Both the position numbers and the translations under genes were made by a program. DNA of 63,251 nucleotides, counting the filler, from Octopus bimaculoides (lineage: Eukaryota): NCBI RefSeq assembly GCF_001194135.2. It is 4 parts of 4 records of this genome, joined end to end, with 100 filler letters (N's around TTAATTAATTAA, not from the genome) between each part and the next. Parts side by side here need not be neighbours in the genome. Positions count along the whole stretch, not along the records: positions 25,111 to 56,788 come from NC_068999.1; positions 56,889 to 61,437 come from NC_068983.1; positions 61,538 to 63,251 come from NC_068986.1; 1 more part is not named here. One strand, 5' to 3'. Positions 54,118 to 63,251 of this stretch are shown here, one piece after another. The number at the start of each line of letters is the position of its first letter. The stretch's first letter is position 1. The notes under the pieces are model-generated. The model did not search any database and had not been told where the DNA came from. It was given only the letters and a program-made list of their open reading frames with translations.

Positions 54118-54180
<63 letters not shown>
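54118..54180. repeat. (TAG)n microsatellite
   Basis: Directly visible. Confidence 0.95.
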
Positions 54181-54752
54181 CGGGTATTGTGTTGCAAAAT
54201 TTGGAAGAAGGATAGTCACAAACATGGGTCAGCACCCATTGCCATATTTGCTTTGTATATAGGTCAATCATACTCCCGCAAATGTGATGAAATTTGAAAT
54301 GGGTTTTTCATGGACGTGGTTCAGTCTAAGACAGCAATTTTCTATTTTAATCTAGCATAGTGGGGGAATAATGTTAGAATGTGAAGGATTCTTGTTTTAT
54401 TCATGTAATAAACGTAATGAAAGGTCTTATTATCAGGGTTTAAATATCGATATATTTAGAGATGTTGTTACAAGTAGAGTGAATGACAACTGGAGACATT
54501 TGTGAGCCAAATTTGCTCTGATATAGGAATTATATGTAATGACCATTATTTTTAACTTGTTACTTAAATATCACTCTCTGTAAAAAACCCAGTTTATCTG
54601 AAGTCCATCCACCGATTTACAATATAGAATTGTGATGAAACGTAACTTGGGACCTTACCAAAAGATTACTTGGAGTTCTTCACTAATCTAAGTAATATAG
54701 TTAGCCTGGAGAGCTTATAAAGTATTATGTCCAGATTTACAATCCCTCACTG

Positions 54753-54847
<95 letters not shown>

Positions 54848-54851
<4 letters not shown>

Positions 54852-55188
54852 GCGGTTGCCTACTCCTTATGCAGAGTACCTACACCTTAGAACCACCATG
54901 GCATCTGATGTGGATTTTTAAACTAGACAATGTTTCGAAAAGACACCCACATAGATTGCATATCCGATTTGGATCATCAAGAGCTGCAGATAAGTTCTGA
55001 TTTTTGTGGATCTTAAAATGCCTTTTGAGGCCTCCGTTAGATTTGCAAGCCTTCTGGCATGCATTGCATTGAAAGATGTGTACAGACATATAAGCAGAAT
55101 AGTTGGTGGAGGTTCGTTTTCCTCGGGTTCGCAAATGAGATTTGAGTGTAGTGAAAGAAAGGCATGCACTGTCACAAACTGTGCACAT
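54848..55188 (-). mobile_element. Three-finger C2H2 segment, probably the 3' end of an RTE-type retrotransposon
   Basis: CTVC..HLRTR, CNAC..HFKIH and CNLC..HIRCH with ~15-20-aa non-TGEKP linkers; stop at 54880; short UTR ending GGCAACCGCCAT directly into (GT)n. Confidence 0.6.
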
Positions 55189-55266
55189 AAAAAGGTTATA
55201 TATATATCGTCTGTAAAAACATAAATCCAAAAGAAGCACAGCTACAGAGTAGTATATATTAGAAAT

Positions 55267-56725
55267 GGGGAAGGCCGGTTTATGGGATTACCTCAGGTTT
55301 CCCTTCCATAAAAGGTTTAGCTTCATGGCGTATCGTCAGATCCCAAAACTTATTGACTCAAGACCTTTTTAAGTTATGGAGGCGGAAATACCTCACAATT
55401 CAAAAGTAACAATGGGAATTTTCTCTTTTTGTTATCGGTTATCGACTTCCAGCTGTGCCGCCATCTTGTGGGCTCCAAAAGGCTAGCAGAAACCTCCTGA
55501 AATGTAAACATGGCCCAAAAATTTCCTTTCAGGAGTTAAGGATGTTCCCTAGTTCGTGGGAGACTTGAATTCTCACCCGTTCAGCTATGCATAATTTGCA
55601 ACGTTTTGTCCCGTTAATGTTGGGATCTGGGTTCTCGAGGATTTTCCATGAGATCGAATATGGAATCCCATCGTCTCTCAGTTGCCAGAGATGGCTGGTC
55701 AGTGAACATCCAATGTATCTCCGTGGGTGTGTGTTGTTTGCGCTGTATCTGTATCTGCTGGTGTTGCTGTTGTTGCTGCCGCCGTCATCGTTGTTGTTGG
55801 AGCTGGGACTGCTGGTGTTGGCGTCGCTGGAGGTGGTGGTGGTATCGCCACAGCTGGTGATGGTGAAGGTGCTGTTGTTATTGTGGTCTTCGTCCTTGGT
55901 GGAAGAGTTGCCTTTGCTGCTAGAGATGTCATTAGCTGTGGTTCTGCTGGTGTTTCTGCTAGGGCTACTGTCGCTGTTGCTGCTGTTGCCATTATTGCTA
56001 TTTTGCCGTTATTGCTGGCGGTGGCACTGGACCTGTTGCTGTTGCTATAGGAACTGTCAGGTCTGCTACTGTGGACGTTAAGGAAGCTGTTCGTAAGGCT
56101 GCTGCTGATGGCGATGTTGCTGTTGGTGTCGATGCCGTTGGAGAAACTGACCGTGATCTCGCTGGTGCTGTTACTGTTATTGTTGTTAATGTTGTTAACA
56201 GGTTCTATTTCCGTATCAACGGCTGCTACTGCATCTACTATTAGTATTGCCAGGGTTTGCTAGTACTTCAGCTTCATAGACGACCCATTTGGGTTTGCAG
56301 TGGCCTCCCACCGAGCATTTGTTGCGGTCCCTACACGAACATCCTGCTTCCACCCTTGGCCTAGAGGTACTGGGGGTACAGCTAAAAGAGACTCTAACGT
56401 TGTGTTTGTTGAAAATGGGCCCATTCCTATGGGAGCTAGTGAAATTCTTATCTATTAATTTAAGCAATATTCCACCAACGGGCGTTTTTGTGTTAAGAGA
56501 CAAACCAAATGGTATTTCTGCGGCGCTTACTTCCGCGGTTGTTGGGTTCCGGTATGTAGGTGCTGCATCGAAAATAACTTGGTTGGAGGAAAGGTTCACG
56601 ATCCTCTTACTAACAACCTTCACCAGGGTGGGTGGTAGGAGGCTGTGTTGATGCACGTTAGCCTTTCGTTTGGTTTGCGGCAGGGCCTGTATGTAGTGGA
56701 GCCCATGATGTCTAAGAAGTCTGCG

Positions 56726-56730
<5 letters not shown>
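55267..56730 (-). mobile_element. 5'-truncated PLE with C-terminal GIY-YIG nuclease lacking the CCHH motif, with CxCx5C linker (Hydra/Nematis-like; clade tentative)
   Basis: DFLD..YRPCRKPN..INTASYHPP; RIVNLSSN..FDAAP; RRRNTIWF..NTKTPVG..LKLIDKNF..IFNKHNVRVSFSCTP; CSCRDRNKCSVGGHC..VVYEAEV [insert] RYIGC [deletion] LTSHLWQLR..GIPYSISWKILE..KRCKLCIAE..ILNS*KEIFGPCLHFRRFLL; stop at 55439. Confidence 0.9.
55284..55344 (-). ncRNA. Type I hammerhead ribozyme with atypical stem II, in the 3' end of the PLE
   Basis: GGGAT-CTGACGA-[31 nt containing the hairpin CCATGAAG/TTTTATGG]-GAAA-CCT-G-AGG-TA-ATCCC; stem I 5 bp perfect, stem III 4 bp, GUA site. Confidence 0.75.
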
Positions 56731-56788
<58 letters not shown>

Positions 56789-56888
56789 NNNNNNNNNNNN
56801 NNNNNNNNNNNNNNNNNNNNNNNNNNNNNNNNTTAATTAATTAANNNNNNNNNNNNNNNNNNNNNNNNNNNNNNNNNNNNNNNNNNNN
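56789..56888. other. Artificial scaffold-join marker
   Basis: 44N-TTAATTAATTAA-44N. Confidence 0.95.
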
Positions 56889-57898
56889 TGTATATTTGGA
56901 ATCTACATAATAAATAATATATGCATAGAAAATTTCATAAATAAATATTCATTTTTATGAAAGTTATGACCTTCCAAAGTTGGGGGATACAATTCTGTAG
57001 TTATGCCATCAATGTTTTGTAAATATATCACGACGTGAATGACTGTGTTTACTTGCAAGCGTATACGTTTGAGAGAGCGAGAGAGGAAGAGGGGGAGAAA
57101 TGAATAGAGATTGAGAGCAATGTGTATGTTGTTGTCACAGGTCAAGTATGTGTGGTTGTGTGTGTTTTTACGTATCTATGTTATGAAAAATAGGTAAAGA
57201 ATACTGAGATGAAAGTTTAATCTATGACGTTGTATGTATCACTTTCTCTCTCTCTCCCTCTCTCTCTTTTACTTTTACTCTCTATATTTTTATGTTGAGC
57301 GCGTGTGTAAGAATGGCGTTCCAGATAGCAGGGATGAAATATAAAAGTTGCTAGAAACAACAGCCAAATCTCCCTTAAATCACACAAAGTAAACGGAATT
57401 TTAAAAATCTAATTACTGCACTGGAAAGTTCAGATCGAGAAAATTCCATTGATGTAAAAAATTTTACGAAAAAGTGGCAAATGTGGATTTCTATAAACAT
57501 TCAAAAAGGCTTCACACAAACACACAACTTCAGATTTATATATTAAGATTGATATGTGCTTAATATAGAAATACCTCATGTACAAGGAGTTTCTTTCTGG
57601 AAATGTCTAAAACGTAAATAAGACAAAATATCAGTCAAGGTCCCAGCAATATATTTCAAGTTACTTTCAGAGATTTCACTGAAAATTCTTTCTAGAATAT
57701 TTAATTGAATTCCTGAGAAAAAATAAAAGCTTGTTTCTAAACAGGAACACCAAAATGAAAAATAATGAAAAAATGTATTTTTAAATCATAAATAGCATGT
57801 AGCATTATATAGTTGTTTCCAAGTGCATGAGACAACAGATAATAGCCACTGCAACTAAGCCTAATCTGATTTATAATATGTTAAAATCAAGCTTATGC

Positions 57899-58132
57899 TA
57901 TTTCTTTACTGCCCACAAGGGGCTAAACATAGACGGGACAAACAAGGACAGACAAACGGATTAAGTCGATTATACCGACCCCAGTGCGTAACTGGTACTT
58001 ATTTAATCGACCCAGAAAGGATGAAAGGCAAAGTCGACCTCAGCGGAATTTGAACTCAGAACGTAGCGGCAGACGAAATACCGCTAAGCATTTCCCCCGG
58101 CGTGCTAACGTTTCTGCCAGCTCGCCGCCATG
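57899..58132 (-). mobile_element. SINE family A with LINE-like tail and perfect 15-bp target-site duplication
   Basis: TSD AAATCAAGCTTATGC at 57884-57898 and 58133-58147; CpG-rich head and core. Confidence 0.95.
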
Positions 58133-58322
58133 AAATCAAGCTTATGCAATAAATGAACATGTTGTCTTGTTAAAGGTGGACTTCAACACTAATCGCATAA
58201 ATAATAAGGCTAAATTTGCTTTCATATCATGAAATAATTTTTCTGTTTATGAAATAACAGTGTATGATATATTAATATAAGATATCCTACACTATTATTT
58301 TCTTTTGCTGATGGCCACATCT

Positions 58323-58448
58323 ATAAGGGGTTGCTGAAAAATTCCTGGCTTTAATTCCTGCAAAAGGCCTGGCTGGAGGACTAATCTTCTGAGTTCTTTT
58401 ACAGGGCTTAGAAAAAACTGCAATAAGTGTATGAATCTGAGAAGGGAA
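58323..58448 (-). mobile_element. Mariner-derived MITE, partial copy
   Basis: Terminal AGGGGTTGCTGAAAAATTCCTGGCT; reverse complement of 58910-59030. Confidence 0.75.
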
Positions 58449-58462
58449 CCACACACACACAC

Positions 58463-58623
58463 AAGAAGTTCTTCCAGTTTCCATCTACCAAATACACCCA
58501 CAAAGCAGTGATTGTCTTGAGGCTATAGTAGGAGACACTTGCCCAAGGTGCCATGAAGTGGAACTGAATCTAAAACCATGTGGGTAGAAAGCAAACTATT
58601 TACCTCACAGCCACTCCTACAGG
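58463..58623 (-). mobile_element. SINE family B, head half
   Basis: GGAGTGGCTGTGAGGTAAATAG..GGCACCTTGGGCAAGTGTCT on the minus strand. Confidence 0.8.
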
Positions 58624-58836
58624 CAAGGATGGTGACTATAAAATTTGAAAATTAAAATTTCAAAATATTCATCACTGTGTGTATTATAGTTTGGAATCAA
58701 GATTAGAATTGTATGAACTGAATTGACAATCCAAATGCTCATGAATCATATCAGATTGTGTACAACTGGCACCATGTGATCCCTGATACAACTATAACCA
58801 ATTGTATAGTTTTCATAGAGAAACAGTAGCTAACAT

Positions 58837-59032
58837 AAAAGGAGGTGCTGAAAAGTTCCTAGTTTTGGGTAAAAAAAAATACAGGACAATCAGTTAATAT
58901 ATTTTATTTAACATATTCCCTTCTTAGATTCACACACTTATTGCAGTTTTTTCTAAGCCTTGTAAAAGAACTCAGAAGGTTGGTCCTCCAACCAGGCCTT
59001 TTGCAATACTCTTAAAGCCAGGAACTTTTAGT
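58837..59032 (+). mobile_element. Mariner-derived MITE (~195 bp)
   Basis: TIRs GGAGGTGCTGAAAAGTTCCTAGTTT / AAAGCCAGGAACTTTTAG. Confidence 0.75.
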
Positions 59033-59407
59033 TTATGATGTATTTCAATTTAGAGGAATTAAACTTTTATATGCTATTACAACCCAAATGTAAAAAATTG
59101 CAATAAATGATAAAGGAAATATTTTTTCTTATACCTGATATATATAGATGTTTTACCAAATATATTTCCTGGCAGGTGCCATGATATGGGTTAACTCATT
59201 TCATTGGGCAAATAAAGGGTGTCTTTAGTGTTTCCATAACACGCTCACAATGTTAGTTCAGGATGCCAGTTCATTTTAAGTGCGAGTGTGCTCGTACCTG
59301 GCAAAATTGTATAGATTGCCAACTACAAGATAATTCATAGTTGGCAGTCAACGTGTTAAACTGATTATGGTAATGATGGCAATGACTCTTCCATACTAGC
59401 AGTGAAG

Positions 59408-59606
59408 AAAGTGGTTAGCTGGCAGAATTGTTAGCATGCTGGGCAAAATGCTTAGCGGCATTTTGTTTGTCTTTATGATCTGAGTTTAATTCCTGCTACA
59501 GTCGAATTTGTCTTTCATCCTTTTGGGGTCAATAAAATAAGTATTAGTTGAGAACTGGGGTCAATATAATTCACTTGCCCATTCCCCCAATCTTTGAAAC
59601 CATATT
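59408..59606 (+). mobile_element. SINE family A, old CpG-depleted copy
   Basis: Aligns with other copies; many CpG sites converted to TpG/CpA. Confidence 0.85.
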
Positions 59607-60242
59607 AGCAGTGGAGGATTATATATGCACAGTATGAGTGCTCTAATTTTATTGTTAACCAGTCAACTGTAGAAGGAACCTATTTTGGCCCATTAGAGAG
59701 AAACTGAATCATGCAGAGTTACTTATGTGTATTTCACCCTCAGGGTAGGGGGCCAAAAAAAGGCGTAAAGTTTGTAGTAGGAAGATTTCAACACCTGCTG
59801 GTGCGTATATGATGTTCAACACTTTATGTAATGTTTTCTAAAGAAATAAATTGGGTCTACACAACAACATTGCTGACAAGAAGAAAAGTTACAAGTCTTC
59901 ATAATCTAGAGATTCGGGTTTAGATTTGTAATACAAGCAGAAGTTGCCTATGTTGGTGTTGTGAAATGAAGTAGAGACTAAGGATTGAAATAGGGACCTT
60001 TCATTAAAAAAGTGTTGTAGAAGGTTGTATATGGTACTAAACAGAATGTGAAAAGTGGTGAGAGAGAGAGAGAGAAATAATAGAATATAAAAAATTAGAA
60101 GTGACGGGGCAAGTAACAAGAGACAAGGAATTCAAAGTATGGTAGAAGGAACAATTGAAATAGGTGAAAAGAAAGCAAGAAAACAATTTAAAGACAACAA
60201 AAATGATGAAAATAACATCAAAGCACTGAAAGAATGGCATAC

Positions 60243-60420
60243 CTTGTCTTCAGGATATTTTCTAGTAAAGAATCCAGTGAAGTTTCAACAACAAAAGAAG
60301 TAGCCATGTAAATATTAGTTTCTTTGTAGAATGTTTCCAATATTGGAATTGTATCCAGTCGGAATATGAAGAAAGAAGTATTTTCATCTGTATGAACGCC
60401 ATCCGCATCACCAAAGGAAG
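60243..60420 (-). CDS. Candidate internal coding exon of an unidentified host gene (178 nt, phase 1 to phase 2)
   Basis: Acceptor TTTTGCGTTCTTTCGCAG, donor AAG/GTATGC, one open frame SFGDADGVHTDENTSFFIFRLDTIPILETFYKETNIYMATSFVVETSLDSLLENILKT; no recognisable homology. Confidence 0.3.
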
Positions 60421-61058
60421 CTGCGAAAGAACGCAAAATAATATTGAAAACATTGACATTCAATTTGATACTAGATTTTCTAGTACATAAAGAAACAGTT
60501 CCTATCTTGTCAGCAAACAGTGCAGCAACTCGTATGACCTTATTAAGTATGACTCATAATTTAGCCACTACCTGGTCTATTCAGACAAACCTCTTGACTC
60601 CTTCCACTGACTCAGTTTTCCTACTTGCAGATGTATCATTTGTATCAGTTTCACTAGTCCAAGAAGGCGTGCAAAGATCATGGACTGTGCCTCAACTTCC
60701 CAGACTAACCGACAAATAATTTTGAAATTAAACTGAATAATAACATACATACATATATACAAATTTTAGTAAAAACTGGTAACTCCATCATTTGTGATAT
60801 TTTGAAATACACCTATAAAGATAATTACAAGATGTGTCCTAAGTGATCACATATCCCTGCAAAATCCTTGGAACACAGTACATCATATAAGTAACCAAGA
60901 AGGATCATGTGCAAACATTGTTGAAATTTATGTAGGAGAGACTAATTGAAGTATTACTGAAAGATCTGATGAAAAGAAACCTACTTCGATATTTTACCAA
61001 TAGTCACTAGATAATCACAATAGTTCAATCAACAGACTTAATGTAAATATTATTTCTA

Positions 61059-61437
61059 GGCATCAAACTGTTAGATCAGGTTATGAAAGTTACAGAGAGG
61101 GTCATAGCCCAACTAATTAGAGAGCGAATCAATTTAGATGAGATGCAGTTTGGGTTCGTGCCAGGTAAAAGCACTACTGATGCCATATTTCTAGTAAGAC
61201 AGCTGCAAGAGAAATACCTAGCCAAGGATAAACCTCTGTACCTGGCTTTCGTTGACATGGAGAAAGCCTTTGACAGGGTCCCCCGATCCCTTATCTGGTG
61301 GTCAATGAGGAAATTTGGGATAGAAGAATGGTTAGTGAGAGCTGTGCGAGCCATGTACAGAGATGCTGCCAGTAAGGTGAGGGTTGGAAATGAGTACAGC
61401 AATGAATTCTGGGTAGAGGTAGGGGTCCACCAAGGTT
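61059..61437 (+). mobile_element. RTE-clade reverse transcriptase fragment, stop-free, truncated by gap
   Basis: GIKLLDQVMKVTERVI...EMQFGFVPGKSTTDAIFLVRQLQEK...LAFVDMEKAFDRVPR...GVHQG. Confidence 0.95.
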
Positions 61438-61537
61438 NNNNNNNNNNNNNNNNNNNNNNNNNNNNNNNNNNNNNNNNNNNNTTAATTAATTAANNNNNNN
61501 NNNNNNNNNNNNNNNNNNNNNNNNNNNNNNNNNNNNN
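61438..61537. other. Artificial scaffold-join marker
   Basis: 44N-TTAATTAATTAA-44N. Confidence 0.95.
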
Positions 61538-62934
61538 TATATATACATACACACATATGAATATATGAGAAGGCGTTCGACTAGGAAATCTACCGCCATG
61601 CATTTTCGAATTGTGGCGCTTTTGCATGTTTGCACTTTTGTAGGCCAATGAGTGAATCTAAAGACATGAGACCATTATTTATTTCCTCTTCTCTGTCCTG
61701 CTTCTTAACCCAAAGTTTCTTTCCTTCATTTTTCTTTATGCACACACAGATAAACTCGCACACAAATACGCTGGTGTGTGGACAGTGTGTCAACCACTGA
61801 TTCTCAAGAGTTTTTCTTTTTTTTTTAAGTCCTATTGACGCCCTTGATTCGCTACTGGAATCCCTTATCTGGTTGATGTTTCAAATATCCTATCATATTT
61901 TTATAATCAAATATTATCAGGAATTATATTTAAAATATTGTTGTAATGAATTTATTGCTCATAAATTTTTGCAACAAAATCTTCTGTGGTCCTCCATGGG
62001 CCCAGTGGTTGAGGTCCATTCACATAATTCCCTTCCAGCGCCGTCTTCCCAGTTGATATTCTTGCATTGAGAAGAATTACCTGAAATACTTGTTCGATTC
62101 CTAAATGTTTTGCACAGTCTTTTATCGAAATCGTTGACAAGTTTAGAAGGGTCCTATTTTCACCCGGAGATTTGTGACACAAATTGAACTTAAAATGCTC
62201 AGATTAGAAAGAGAGACCCTATCAGAACCTCAAGTTTGATGCTTTAACAATTTATGCCAACAGCTGCCCTACATCGCTCCTTCATCCTCCTGATACCGTA
62301 TTAATTCAAAATAATTTGCCCTTGGTAGGAATCTCAGATTGCCTAATAGGTTGTGCATATTTTGTTAAAACCAAATATAATGCTAGGATTAAAAGTAGAG
62401 GTTAGAACGTACACAGGAACGAGATTTCTTTGGTCTATTTTTTTAAAACCTAGGTATACCCTGTAACACTATAAAATTTCGCAAAATTGTTTCAACAAAA
62501 GCACAGCGTTACATCTAATTCTTTTTACGTATATTTTGCCCTTCGTAAAAATATCAAATCTACTCGTTTAGGAAATAATAAGACGTTGCTTATTGAAGTT
62601 TCGCTGCTATTTCTAAGAGGCTAAAAATCCATAATTGGTCTTTCACGTTGTTATGTTCTCATATGTGAAAGTTACATATGTATTCATATAGTAATGTATG
62701 TATGTATGTATGTATGCATGTATGTATGTATGTATGTATGTATGTATATATGTTTGTATGTATGTATGTATGTATGTGTGTGTGTGTGAGAGAGAAAGAG
62801 AAAGAGTGAGCGTGTGCTTGGGAGTGAGTGTGTGTTTGTGTGTGCGTGCTTATACGCTCTTGCAGGTCCACGATTTTATCAGCTGCGTAGTTAGTAGGGT
62901 TAAGGTGATGGTCCGCCCACGCGGCACTTGTGTC

Positions 62935-63117
62935 TTTTACCTTTTACGTGTATCAATCACTAGACAACGACCATCCTGGGGCACAACTTTCAAGAATTTT
63001 GGTCGAACGAATCGACCCCCAGTATGTATTGCTTGGGCCTCGAACTTATTCCAGCGGTATCTTTTGCCAAACTCTCAAATATAGCAGCACTATCTGTCAA
63101 GTGGACATGTAATACAA

Positions 63118-63120
<3 letters not shown>
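62935..63120 (-). mobile_element. SINE family B, diverged 3' part
   Basis: GAACGAATCGACCCCAGT and ACTTATTC match the reverse complement of the family B tail. Confidence 0.65.
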
Positions 63121-63162
<42 letters not shown>

Positions 63163-63167
63163 CGCAC

Positions 63168-63198
<31 letters not shown>

Positions 63199-63251
63199 TA
63201 CATATAAATGACTATGTAAATATATGAACACACTCATATATATGCATATAT

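Noticed and set aside
54190-54700. Possible PLE RT remnant (YKANMAMGADP; SHSNIIP) that might belong to the 53-kb pLTRs
   Set aside because: Motif matches are too weak to call without a profile search.
55529-55531. In-frame TGA in the PLE nuclease as possible selenocysteine (some PLEs encode selenoproteins)
   Set aside because: It falls at the conserved Arg of LNxRxE, not a Cys position; CGA>TGA decay is the simpler explanation.
61950-62150. Cys-containing open frame on the minus strand (DPSKLVNDFDKRLC...RRFCCKNL)
   Set aside because: No start codon, poor splice acceptor, no recognisable cysteine pattern.

Overview
AT-rich, microsatellite-dense animal genomic DNA, most likely octopus. That assignment comes from my recognition of the tRNA-derived SINE families and is not checked against a database. 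I found no confidently identifiable host gene; the window is almost entirely decayed mobile elements. Retroelements: a Tx1/L1-type LINE (ORF1 with a CCHC knuckle at 1-1.86 kb; ORF2 3' end at 24.3-25.0 kb), several RTE fragments, two R4/Dong-type fragments of the restriction-like-endonuclease class, a Jockey/L2-like remnant, and at least three Penelope-like element (PLE) coding remnants. DNA transposons: Tc1 DD36E, maT DD37D, a ~3 kb hAT (SPIN/Buster type), Chapaev3-like, and mariner MITEs. About 17 copies or fragments of three SINE families are present. The strongest signal is RNA-level: four sequence-unrelated type I hammerhead ribozyme motifs (~2.9, 44.5/45.5, 53.4/53.8 and 55.3 kb), each in a PLE pseudo-LTR (pLTR) or pLTR-like tandem/inverted structure. 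One has a U3:A8 core variant. Another belongs to a PLE whose GIY-YIG nuclease has a ~180-codon Asn/Ser/Thr insert between its GIY and YIG motifs. One SINE copy shares its 3' tail with the Tx1-like LINE. Three artificial 100-bp gap markers (44N-TTAATTAATTAA-44N) split the window into four pieces whose adjacency is uncertain. All ORFs in the track that span N runs or microsatellites are artefacts.
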